Below, piece after piece: positions 51,479 to 64,000 of a stretch of 64,000 bases of DNA. Where the stretch lies: assembly GCF_964355755.1 (NCBI RefSeq), contig NC_092670.1, forward strand, positions 37,498,388 through 37,562,387, read 5' to 3'. A program made the position numbers and the translations under genes. Position 1 is the stretch's first letter; each line of letters starts with the position of its first letter. The notes beneath the pieces are model-generated. The model did not search any database, was not told where the DNA came from, and saw nothing but the letters and a program-made list of their open reading frames with translations. This stretch comes from Antedon mediterranea. Taxonomy: Eukaryota > Animalia > Echinodermata.

Positions 51479-53148
51479 TACCCAAACTAAGTATATAGAA
51501 TCGTGCAGTATTTGGAATACAAGTGGTTGGCAGCTAAATTTGAGGAACTTCCGTAAATATCAATGATCTTTATTTGGAGGTAGATCTTACACAGTCATAT
51601 TGCCAAAGTTATCGGGTATAAAATATTTGAATAATTTATGACCAGTTTACAGATAACAAAAAGAGTCATTATTTCAGAGGCTGTTCAATACAATAAAACT
51701 CTTGTTATAAAAAAAAAAACATTTTTTATTATATTTTTCTGTGAAAGAATATTGAGAATATATTAATTACTAATAATTCCATAATTAATTTACTGCACAT
51801 CAGTATTGTACTTACATTTGAGATTGCAAATAATAATTTATTATAGCATAAAGATTTCTCCATGATTCAATAGCAAAACAGTATCAGATATAGGTACTGT
51901 ACAGGAAAAAATTACATAAACAAATTATATACATAAGGCAGCACAAGTAAATAAATATTGCTTAAACACTCATTGACCTTAAATTGACCCCATTCTTCAA
52001 TCCAAAGGCTGATCTCTAAACTAAATTCTGTCAAAAAATTATTTTAGATTATCAAAACAATTTATAAGATTGGGTGGTCGTATGAAATAAATGTCAGAAT
52101 GTCCCAACTTTACCTCATTTAATATTCGTTAACTTAGAAAAACCACGAAAACCAGGCTTACAAACCAAAATATAGACTTTTGCTAACAAAATATATAACT
52201 TTTTGTTACTACTATACAATTTAAAACTAAACTATTTTCTAATCTACATGTAATATACTTTGATAATCTTTTTTAAAATTTCGGATACCAATTGAATACC
52301 CGAAGAATTAAATATTAATTATCATGTCGATATTATATATATTATAACGCACCTGATTTTATTCTTAAATTAGGCATCACGTGACATTTTTAATTAGCCC
52401 TATCTCATGGAAAAATGATATCTAATGAATGGCTTTAATGCACGTTCAGCTTTCTTTTGAGAATTTTTGCCATGCGACGTTGTTGACTGATCTCATTCGG
52501 AAATCATTCTACTCCGCATCTAAGGTTGGAACACTGCCCTTTTTAATGGCCTAGATTCCCGGCCTAGCATTCGTCAATGATTTATGATGAATAAATAACT
52601 TGAATAAGTAGGTGTGTTATAAAACAAATAATTAATGTTTTGTTGAATGGAGAGAATATTTCAACGACTGCTCTATTTTTCAACTCACTCACCATTAAAC
52701 CTGTAAACATTAATTATTTGTGTTTGTATTGTCTACTTTGATGCCTTTAGTTGTCTGAACCTTCTGGTAGTTGTGCTATATAGAAGGTCTATAGAAATCA
52801 ACTTAAGATGTTAACTGGTCATGTTCACATCCTATCTTACATTGCGTCTATAGTATACATTTACATATTAGGTGCTTGTCACCTTGATATGCAAAGTACC
52901 TAATCTGTGTAACAGCACTTCTGACTCAATGGTCAACAGTCAACTGGTACTGGTTCAATTAACCGTCTTCATAGAGACATCGATATAAAGCTGGCATTCA
53001 GATTAATGCTACTTTTAAGTGTACTTTTTCAAAGTGACATACGAAAACCGTATTATATATGGCACGGCACATGTGCAAAATGAGTGCAATACAAAAGATT
53101 CTTTGTTTTTTTACCATTAAAAGCACGAGCATAAGGCAGACTAGGCTA

Positions 53149-53267
53149 CAGTGGCGTAACGGCTACGGCATTAAAATATGTCGAAAAAGGCTAAAAACTC
53201 CTGAGGCCTCCGCCGTTGGAGAGCCACTTAGGGTTCCTAAACCAGGAGCCTCAGCGTTACACCACTG
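53149..53267. mobile_element. 119-bp hAT-like MITE just downstream of the MRAS stop codon
   Basis: TIR CAGTGG(C/T)GTAAC; 8-bp TSD CTAGGCTA/CTAGGCTG. An inverted relative lies at ~16073-16320. Confidence 0.8.
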
Positions 53268-53351
53268 CTAGGCTGGTAAATTATTTCAATTCCACTGTAC
53301 ACACAATCTCAATATTGTCTTAATGATGTATTTCTGATAATGGCAGTAATG

Positions 53352-56300
53352 TCAAAGAACGGTGCAGTCGTGGAAACAACCAGTTGTTTTACTTGGTTTT
53401 CCTTCCTCTGGCGAGCGGCGTATTACGCGTACCAATTCGTGGAATGCGGTATCGATGTTCTGAGGCGGATTCTTGGCACTTGTTTCAATGTACTGAAGCT
53501 GTGAAGGAAATACATTTATATTTAAAATGGATACCTATTATTATAGAGCATTTGCAGTGGCAACAATTTTGAAAGGTGGGAGGAAGAAATGTCTTGTACT
53601 TACTCCAAATTGCATCGCAACATTCTGGCCTTCTTCTTTAGTGACCTTGCGTTGATGAACAAGGTCAACTTTGTTAGCAACGAGAATCATGGGATAGCAG
53701 TCTCTACAATGATAAAACCAAATTAAAAGTAATAAAATATGACAAATAATAAAGACTAATTCTGTGAATAAGTGCATAACTACAGTCAATGATTAGCACA
53801 ATAAATGTACAAAGTCTGCCGATATGAAGACGACACCAAAGTATCTGGGTGAAGTACTTTTTTTATGGTAAAACACAGCATGGTTGCTTATCATAGTAGT
53901 AGTAGTAGCCTAGTAACCGTGTTATATTTAGACAAGATTGTTATACATAAATCAATTAACATTCTGTAAGCCTCTCCAATTAAACGGATGCCCAGGATAT
54001 GCAATGTCCTTGACGGAATTGATAGTAATTGGTTGTCATAGTGCATTCAAACTTTAAAGTATGTATTTTACCCCAAAAACATGAAAAATGAAGATTAATA
54101 AAATCAGACTTTAAATAGGCCATTTTGCAGTTTTGATAAGATTATTCACTTCTCTAAAAAAAAAAATAAAAAAATAATTATTTCACTTATAAAAAAAATT
54201 TTTTTTCAGGTAAATACACTTTTTTTCGATCTAGTCTTTGGTCAAAGTGAATAACTATTAAGTGACATAAAATTGGCATATTCAACAAAAACATTTTTGG
54301 GGGACAGTTTAATTTATGTCATAAATTTTAATTTGATTTTACTGTAGTAGGCCTACTAACTTTTTTTCCCATAGAGGAATTTAGTTAGTACATCACTCAG
54401 GCTGGTATTATACACTAAATAAAATTGTGCATTTAGAGATGGTCCCTTAATAGATTTTCTCACTTGTCTTATGGATATTTTAATCTAAAGCTCTGTCTAC
54501 ATTATCATGTGACAATAAAATGTGATGTGCCCAAATATGGGCATGAGATGATGTCATATCACTACCATATTTGGGAATATCACTACCATTTGGGCACATC
54601 ACACTTTTCAAACTAGTTTGATAGTGTAGACAGAGCTTTAAATTGTAATTATTTTTTTATGAAAAGAATGAAATAACAAAACTAATAACTGATAAACATT
54701 GTTATTATATACTGTATGTAATAATTAAAGATGTATTGTCTTGTCAAAAACATGAAAAATGAAGATTAATTAAATCAGACTTTGAATATGTTATTTTGTA
54801 ATTTTAATAAAGTTAATCACTTCCGTAGAAAAAAAAACCACAAAAAAATAATGTTTTCACTTATAAAATGACAAAATAAATGCTTAAATTCAACCAAAAA
54901 CCAATTGGCTGGCAGCCAACTTGACCATTTTTGCTTTAAATTACAGTTTTTTTCAGGTAAATACATTTTTTTCGATCCAATTTTTGGTCAAACTGGATAA
55001 CTATTAGGTGACATTAAAATGGGGGACAATACATCTTTAAAAAGAATATTGATTTTCCTTTCCAAGAATTGTTATCTGTTCTACTAGTTTAATTGACTTA
55101 ATGGATTTACGGGCTGGTTCATTACAGTGCTGCTTCTTCTGCTTTTTAATTAGCCTCTGTGATTTGTTTCTTGCTACTGATCACTATAGTCGCCACTTTA
55201 CTGTAATGCTAAATGTCAAATATTGAATATGTATATAAAAAGTGATTTATTCTACTCTTAATCATTACCTTGTTAATAGTATACAAATAATGGAAAGTTT
55301 TATGAGTTGAATTGGGAGATATTTCATGAGTTGAGTTTAGTCAAAAAGCTGAACATGCAATAGTATACAAATAATAAATGTTTATGAGTGGATTGGTACA
55401 AATAATGGCATGAGGTAAATGATGAAAGGTTTTTTTTTTTAATTAAAAAAAAGTATTAATTGTAGGACCGTTTAATAGTGCATACTATTGCACACCATGT
55501 GACCAATAATTGAAAGGAAATTAACCAATCAAACGGCAAGGATACAGGTTTGATGGTTGATTTAAACGGATTGATTTGATCTGACCTCAAAATATAAATC
55601 ATAATGGTAATATTTCAAAAGTATTATAAAAATATTATATTTAGGGAAATCTAATTTACTTTTTGTAAAACGTTAAAAAACATTATTCTGCTGCATTTAC
55701 TGCAGTAACTCCATTTTGACTCTTAACCCATTACTGCAGTAAAATGCAGTTACTGCAGTAAACTAATTTTGAAAAGACCCCAGGGCTCTCTTTAAGCTTT
55801 ATAAAAATATTTGTATAAGATGATGATGACGGTTTACCCGATCAACAATCTTAAAATACGGAAATAACTCCTGCCCTAGTTTTATCTTTCTGAGAATTGG
55901 ATATTACTTGAATTTATTTAGGTCAAATGTATTGAAGATTGCCAATAAGTGAACTAATAATCACATGCTATTATCAGTTGTTCAGACCACTTCAATGATT
56001 CAAACGTAAAGACAGTTAGTCTCTTGTATAAATAAAGCAAATATTAAGTCAATAGGGGACAGATGAGGTCATAATTCCATAAAAAGATGGCTGCAGGTAG
56101 GATCTGCTAGCAGGCATAGGCCCCGGCCTAGGCTTAACAAAATTTAACAAAACTCAACCGATCTATTCTCATACTAATTATGACAAAAAAGAAAATTTGT
56201 GTGCCAGAACAGTAACTTAACATATATTTTTCAGATTTATTTGGTCCTTGCGGAAATTCATAATAGGCACAATCGCTCACATAAAAATACAATGATATAC

Positions 56301-57642
56301 AAAATAGATATAAGTAAAATAAATATAAACAAGTAAAGATACACTATACAATATAGACTACAATGTGATTCAACAGTATTTGTCATTGAAAGCACGGATG
56401 GGAAAAGGAACGAATGATTTTAGATATCTGTTCTACCAGTTCTACATAGTGTGCTGCTACTTAGTTATTGCACTCACTTCCTTTCACCACAAACAAAACG
56501 AAAACTATAGAGATCCATAATCACTAGTTTAGATTTAAACCACTTCACACCTTTAACAAAATGATTAACATGGTTGATTAAGCATGAAACTGAACATGAC
56601 ATCACCTGTCTTTGACTCTGAGAATCTGATTGTGAAATCCAACAATATTCTCAAAGCTTGCTCGATCTGTGACTGAATAAACGAGAAGAAAACCGCCACC
56701 GCTCCTCATATACTGCTCTCTCATTGCACTAAATTCTTCCTGTCCGGCAGTATCTAAAACTTTTGAAAGAAAATGACAAAATTAATTATAATACTGTCCA
56801 AGGGCGGATCCAGCATTATAGATTAGGAGGGGGTTAAATATTTCATAAATGATAAAAACAATCCGTCAGTTTGCATAAAAATAACATTATTTAAAAAACC
56901 ATGTTTATCCCCCACCTAAATCCGCGCCCGCTGTCTTGGTAGGATAACCCATCATAAAAAAAGCTCCTTTTAATTTGATACAATAGTGGTACAGGTCTTG
57001 TCTATTGAGGCATGGGATTGCGATATCACTCGCCTAACACACTTTTAAAATTCCCCCGAGTTTGGTAATTTTCTACCCGCTAAGATACAAACAGCAAGTG
57101 AAATTTGTAGCACACTTGCAAGTGAGTTGCCAATTTACAAATTCATCGATGTTTAAAACAATTACATGTTGTTTTTTTCTCATTTTGTACATAATATTAT
57201 ATGTTCTTTTTTTTTACAAACACATTTTCCCCAAAAAAATGAAAAAATGAAGATTAATTAAATCCGACTTTGAATGTAGGTTTTTGTAATTTTAAGAAAA
57301 AAATGACAAAAATAAATGGTTAAATTCAACCAAAAACTATTTTTTTGCTTAAAATCACAGTTTTTTTTTTCAGGTAACTACATTTTTTTCTAACTATAAG
57401 GTGACATTAAAATGGCATATCCAACAAAAAAAATGTTTCATTTTGCACAACTTACCATCTAACATGCACCACTCTCCATCTACTTCCTCATGCTGCATGT
57501 ACGAATCCTCAATCGTTGGATCGTAATCTTCTACGAACATTTTCTGGAAGAACTGAATTGTAATTGCACTTTTACCGACACCACCGTCCCCGACAACAAC
57601 CAGCTTATAAGTTGATAAATTACTACTTGAAATATCTGCCAT
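53352..57642 (-). CDS. MRAS: Ras-related protein M-Ras, 195 aa; exons 57642-57456, 56759-56606, 53703-53604, 53498-53352
   Basis: [23 protein letters not shown] (M-Ras signature), [43 protein letters not shown] box CTVL. Confidence 0.92.
54489..54637. mobile_element. MITE family A copy
   Basis: TAA|AGCTCTGTCTACA...TGTAGACAGAGCT|TTA. Confidence 0.8.
54729..55036. mobile_element. MITE family B copy
   Basis: TTAA|AGATGTATTGTC...GACAATACATCT|TTAA. Confidence 0.8.
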
Positions 57643-57933
57643 TTCTGATGCGTTAAAATTGTTTTGATACCCGCCAGTTAGTAAGAAATACGCGTCAAAA
57701 ACATATCATAATTTTTCCCACAGCTGTCATAATACAATAAGCATGTCTGCAAGCAAATAATAATTATTGTAATTAACGACCTGTCATAATTATTTCAAGG
57801 TTAATTGCTTGAATTAAGTGTGCAGGCAATTAGTACCGAGGGATCATGTCAAAATGATTCTACTCCAGTTACTGCAGAAACAAAATTATATTTAGAAAGC
57901 AAAATTACATTACATGATCCCTGTGAAATGTAA

Positions 57934-58098
57934 AGCTCTGTTTACATTATCAAATTTTATATGAGAAAAAAATGTGATGTGCCTATATATGGACATGATA
58001 TGATATGATATCACTACAGTACCATATTTGGGCATATCACTACCATATTTGAGTACATCACATTTTTTTTTGTCAAACTAGTTTGATAGTACAGAGCT
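57934..58098. mobile_element. MITE family A copy
   Basis: TIRs plus core. Confidence 0.75.
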
Positions 58099-59949
58099 TT
58101 AGATACATGTTTCTGACAATCAATCAATCAACTTTAAAAAATATACAGTATTCTTAATATAATGGCTTCATCCGGATATTACAGATCCGGATGAAGTATA
58201 AAGGATTGGTCTGGATTTCCTGGATACGCTAGATCACATCCCTTCATAACCACAAGGTGGAAAAGGTATGAGGCTCTACAGGGAAGTAAAAAATACTATT
58301 TAATAATGGTTACAATTACTTTCTTTTATTGATTTATTGGTAAATAATTATGCAACATACAGTATTTTAATTATGTAATACAGATGTTTAAAACAAATTA
58401 TGAGAGGGGCCCTCATATAGGCTCGGGCTATACCCTTTCACTGAATTATAAAGAGTTCTGCTGGTGGCAAGCAAAAAAGTAATCCCCCCCCCCCCCCACC
58501 TTTTTTTTTTTCAACATCTTCCCATCCTCCTATAAATATGTGAGCCAGACTCTACTGCTCATCATCACCATGAAACTACTCCAAATACTACTAAAAACAG
58601 TCCTATTAATATTGATAATTAGGAATGAACCTGATTTTTAAATTAATAATTTTAGTATTATACAGTCGTACCAACAGTATCCGATCAGTTATACATTTTG
58701 TATACTGTACATATTGATTGAAAATCAAGGAACTCTGTCGTACTTATTCTGCCTGTTGTGAGACTCACCTCAAATGTTGCGTTTCTCGCAGGAAAAATCG
58801 AAGGCTTGGGTTTTTAATAAAGATGTGGCTAGATTTCAAGTTTTAACCGATACTATACATCATCATCAAAATACTGTCATGCCACAGATTTATAAGTGCA
58901 AATTACTGTTGATGATAAAGCAAAGTAAAAACGCTAGCGCTATGTGTTTATATGTGCTTTATGATGAATAATAAAGAGAATAATAAATTATACAACTAGA
59001 GGGCGCTGTTTAATAAATTATTAATTTCTCTCACGGGAACGTAATACAAATTATGATTTGATGTAATAATATTTTGATTTTCATTTATCTTTTTATTTCG
59101 GAATATCATGGTGACATAATATTATATCCATTAGCAAAAGACAGAAAAAACAAATCTTAATCTAACAGCTCATAGAACAAAAACAAAGATATGTAAATAT
59201 ATAAAGTCAATGCAACAAAGCATTCCATTGTATGTGCATTCTTGACACATAATGGCCATGATCAAGGAATTACTACTTGCGTTCACACGATTTTTAAAAC
59301 TAAAAACAGATTTTCTAATGAACTCATCAAAGGATGGGACAAAGATCATGCTTGCACTACAATGTCTAGGCTGTTACAGCGGCCATTATCTGTTAAACAT
59401 ATGTCCCCTTGAAAAAATATTTTTGTTGTTGAATATGCCATTTTAATGTCACATAATTATAGTTATTCACTTTGACCAAACATTGGATCGAAAAATAAAA
59501 TATAATTAGGCCTACCTGAAAAAAATTGGCTTGAAAAGTCAATAGGTTTTTGGTTGAATTTAACTGTTTATTTTGTCTTTATAAGCGAAAAAAAAATGTT
59601 GTGGAGGTTTCTACGGAAGTAATTGACTTATTAAAACTGCAAAAGGTCTACTCATATTCTTTAAAAAAAATTAATATTATTTTTTCATGTCACTTTTTTT
59701 TACAGTGATTATAGTTATTATTTAAGCCCTCATTAGATTCTAAAAATCCCAACTTCGATACAGTATTTCAAGATGATATTCAAAGTATGACTTTTCGTTT
59801 TTAAAATAGACCTAAAATGCGGTCTTTAAAAAATATTGTTTAGACATTGTAGGCATACTTCTAGACAGTCAGCATAGGATACTTCTGAATAATTCCTACC
59901 AATGGTTTATAGCGATTTACACTCACACGCAACAAAAAAAGAAAAAGTC

Positions 59950-60506
59950 TATGAAACTGCTTTTCTTGCGTAAATGGTAGAGGAAAATACGAGGAAAATA
60001 CCGCCATACGGCGCCACGTGCAACAAGGGGAGGAGGATCCAGGGCCGATATAGTAGATGTAGAGACTACTAATAAAGCCATCTGATTGGTTAATAGCTAC
60101 AGTGCATTTCTAACATATGAAGGTTCCTACGCGAAAAGTTAGCATCAAAGTTGCTACAATAAATTACATAAGGTCGTTAAAATAATTAAAAACGACATAT
60201 TACGTTCATTATATTTATATAAAAAATTCTAACCGATTTTAAATTTTTAAAATTAGAAGGTCAGAGCAAACTATTTTGACACCGCTTCGCCCTCCGCCGA
60301 TGAGTTATCAGGCTGCATAGTTACGGACAAGATGGCTGCCTACAGTGTGTAAATATTTTGGTAGCGATTTGACAGCAATAAACTAATTATTCTGAGGGTT
60401 TTCACGGTATTATGATTAATTTATAATGACATATTATTTGAATTATTATGTTAAATAATGTAAGTTAGTGGGGAAAAACAAAATAGTATAATTGTGTCTT
60501 TTGCAG
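59950..60506 (+). promoter_or_regulatory. Probable CFAP221 promoter and non-coding first exon
   Basis: CpG-richer patch, YY1-like CAAGATGGCTGCC near 60328, donor CAG|GTAAGT at 60506/60507, and an acceptor just before the ATG at 61177. Confidence 0.45.
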
Positions 60507-61176
60507 GTAAGTATATACTAGGCTAGGCCAACAGTCGCACTACGGCCTACTTACTACTGAAGTTAGAGCCGGGGTGTTGTGGTTGTCGATGCCAGACTGG
60601 GGTCGTTTTGCCCCATAGGCCTACTAACTTAAGTTTTATTTTATTTTTTATTTTATTCAGTTGACAACCAACAGCGATGAAACCGCCACTAACAGGTTGA
60701 ATCTAAACATAATAAACTATAATAATACATTCAAATATGCAACAAAACATAAACAAAGATCGGAACATTTTAGTGAGATTATAGGCCTAGCTAGGCCTAG
60801 GCCTACCTAGCCTACAGTAGGCCTAGCCTAGGTTGACTTGCTCATCATACCAATTTGGTTAACGTACTTAAGGTTTCTTTTTAAAATATATGTAGGCCTA
60901 TAATAAATAAATAGTCCTAGCCTATAGACTATTTTATAGAAATACCATCCATTCATGCATGAACATGATGAAGATAGAAAGCTAATTTTCTTTCCTTTTT
61001 TGGTCCTAGGCATACTTACAATACAGACAGTACGGACTACGGTTCCTACACAGTACTACTTATACTACTGACATAGGCCTAGCCTATAATACTACCCTGG
61101 TCCCTAGGCTAACTAACTACTAAATATTTGCTTGTATTTTGTTACTGTAACTCATCTTATTTTCTATAGCAGCACC

Positions 61177-63834
61177 ATGGCGGTGGCAAGGCCATTATCC
61201 CAGATAGACATCCTGTCTCAGAATGGAATACGTTCTTCGGCATATGCAATACCAGATACATTGGTAGCACCGCACACTGCAAGTCCAGTTCCTAATCACC
61301 TACTGGACACAAGTAAGTTGGCCTATGTCTAAGGTAGAGGGCGCGGTCCTCGGACATTGTTGGTAGTCAGACACCTGATACTGTTTACTTATGAATATGT
61401 ACACCATATTGACCAATAATTTTTCTTCATGAATTATTAATTACGATGTAACGTCGCTGGGTAACCAAAAAAAATTACAATTTTCCATGAACATCGCTTC
61501 TAAAACCAGTAATTTATGTGAGGTCAAGTTCAAGGTCACACATGATTTTGGGTTTTTAAAGAACATTATAAGGTAATAGGTCTATAAAATCTGCACCAAA
61601 ATTATTTAAAATGTGTAAAAAGTAACAAAAAATTTGATTTTAATAGTTGGTTCTTAACTCTTACTTCGTTGTTAACACACAAAAAATGGCCGCTACACGA
61701 TATGACTGATAAAGTAATTCAATATCTCTATAAAAATTTGAAATTATTTTTTGTACTGGTAAATATAAATAATAAAATGATTATATTTGTATATTAAAAA
61801 AAAAAAAAAAATATTTTAATTAAAAAAATGTGAAATATAAACAAAACATTGAGGGCGTCCGAGTACCAAAAAACTTGTCCGAGTATCGATCCTTGAAGGC
61901 CTATGTAATCCAGAGCCCTTCTACAGTAGATATGAATTTAGTTGCTGTTTTTGGCGACACTAAATTATTACAGTTATATTTGTAAGTTTCTATTAAAATT
62001 CTAAAAGTTTGTCAAAATGTACAATTTCAGCAATTGTGTACATTTATGGTGTTATCGTCCGAGTACCGCACCCCCTACTTTATGTAATATGTAAATCCAA
62101 TATTCATTGAGCTTACTGTACGAATGTTTTGGTCTTATCCTTTTCAACTAGGCCTAGGTACTCATTTACAACTGAGTAGACATACATTATTTTTGTATGT
62201 ATTTGTATTTCTTATATATTTTATGTTTACATTTTATTTTAGAAATTTTCCACAAGATATCTCAGAATGAACTAATCCAGGCACGACCAGCTTCCATTCA
62301 TTTTGCTGGCTTTGCACCTGGGAAGCTGCACAAACTGACGCTGGTAAGTATACTTTTAAAACAATGTAGGCCTACAGAAAAATATCTGGCCCAGAAACAA
62401 TGTGATCTCCTGAAGACTGTAATAAAGAATTGGGCATGAAAGCCAATTTAGAATTAAACCTAAACTTTTTAAATGAAATAAAACTTGATCTTAATTTTGA
62501 TAGGATTTCTTGATAATATTTCTTTTATGAATATTTAATTAGTTTATTTTCAACACTTATTTGCTATGATAAGTATTTTTGTATGTATAGACATGTTGAT
62601 ATATTGTTTGAAGGTTTGCATGACGAAATCAAATGTTAGTACCACGTATATTAGTTCTGAAAAGAACTGTTGAATTTCTCGACGTTTCGATCAATATGCT
62701 TCGATTGTCCTTAGGAGTGAGAAACCATGTTGAGGATTAAAACTCACACCATATGTTGATCCTTTTTTTGTAATTGCAGTAGAGTCACAAAGAGTTTTAA
62801 ACAAATTTATCAATATAATAACCTACTCTTGTTGCTATTCAGACATTAGGAAATGTATCCACTGAAGTTGTCAAGATGCATATAATCCCACCAACCACAA
62901 AATATTTCAAAATTTGGTACACGAAAGGTGACAGACTTGTGCCTGGACTTACAATGGATTGCACGATTGAGTTCAGACCGGACGAATGGCGCTATTTCTA
63001 TGACTGCATAAGAATACATTGTAAAGGGGATAGTAACTTAATTGTGCCCATTCATGCATATCCGGTTATGAACACATCAGACTTTCCTCAGATTGTACGG
63101 TTTCCACCAACTCCGATATCGCAGAGGTATATATATAGCAATTATTTTTATTTAATTTATTAAAGATGTATTGTCCCCCAAAAACATGAAAAATGAAGAT
63201 TAATAAAATCAGACTTTGAATAGTTTATTTCGTAGTTTTAATGAAGTTACTTCCGTAGGAAAAAAAAAAAAATTTTTTTTTTTTTTCACTTATAAAATAA
63301 AAAAAATAAATGAATAAATTCAATTAAAAATCTATTGGCTGGCAGCCAATTTTATTATTTCTTGCTTTAAGTTACAGTTTTTTCAATTAAACACATTGTT
63401 TTTTTATCCAATTTTTGGTCAAAGTGGATAACTATTGTGATATTAAAATGGCATATTAAACAAAAAAAAATTTTTCGGGGGGATAATCTTTAAATTAATT
63501 AAAATATTGTAGATTTCGGACATTGTTCAATTAGGAAACCTTGTGAATAAATAATTGTTTTTTTTTCTTTTAGTAAAACTCAATCGTTTCCGCTAAGGTG
63601 TCATGTACCAATCGACTTTGAATTCTTGATCACATATATCCAGCCTCACCCGTCCTTTTACGTGGAACCGATTAAAGGTGTTGTACCAGCCAATGGAGAG
63701 TGCAGAATATCTATAACGTTTACACCGACGGATTACACCACAGCACATTTAAAATTCCAGGTGTTCATATCGCAATTCGAATCCAAGCCATTGGTTTGTG
63801 CTGTTTCTGGTAATTCTGCCCCAGGATTAGCTCA
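61177..63834 (+). CDS. CFAP221: Cilia- and flagella-associated protein 221 (PCDP1), 5' part; exons 61177-61312, 62243-62343, 62843-63126, 63574-63834; continues beyond the window
   Basis: [67 protein letters not shown] match my recollection of the CFAP221 N-terminus. Phases are consistent. Confidence 0.88.
61333..62079. mobile_element. ~750-bp non-autonomous TIR element in a CFAP221 intron
   Basis: Left end GTAGAGGGCGCGGTCCTCGGAC matches the reverse complement of right end GTCCGAGTACCGCACCCCCTAC; TAA/TTA flanks. Confidence 0.7.
63164..63489. mobile_element. MITE family B copy
   Basis: TTAA|AGATGTATTGTCCCC start, same internal sequence, degenerate right TIR. Confidence 0.75.
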
Positions 63835-64000
63835 GTAAGTGTTTTTATCTGAGAAATTGTGATATTCTATATAAATTAAAGATTATATTGTCTAAAAAAA
63901 TTTTTTTTATTTCATTGTGTGTTGAATATGCCATTTTAATGTCACAAACAGTTATTCACTTTCACCAAACACTGGATCGAAAAAAAAATTATTTACCTGA

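Overview
AT-rich, intron-rich animal genomic DNA, probably an invertebrate deuterostome such as an echinoderm (inferred, not proven). Exons were spliced by hand using GT/AG sites and phase. In order: the last three coding exons of a DRAK/STK17 kinase (+); a two-exon bursicon-beta-like cystine-knot hormone (-); a 5'-truncated non-LTR retrotransposon; CDK5 (-, 7 exons, 295 aa) head-to-head with PDIA4/ERp72 (+, 10 exons, 641 aa); M-Ras (-, 4 exons, 195 aa); and the first four coding exons of CFAP221/PCDP1 (+). Introns carry many non-autonomous DNA transposons (Harbinger-like, TTAA/Kolobok-like, hAT-like, one 900-bp foldback with an 8-bp TSD). The best novelty candidate is an apparent two-exon gene nested antisense in the 7.1-kb last intron of CDK5. 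It encodes a 99-aa protein that ends in Gly-Gly and has a ubiquitin-like sequence pattern. No database searches were possible, so all names rest on motif recognition.
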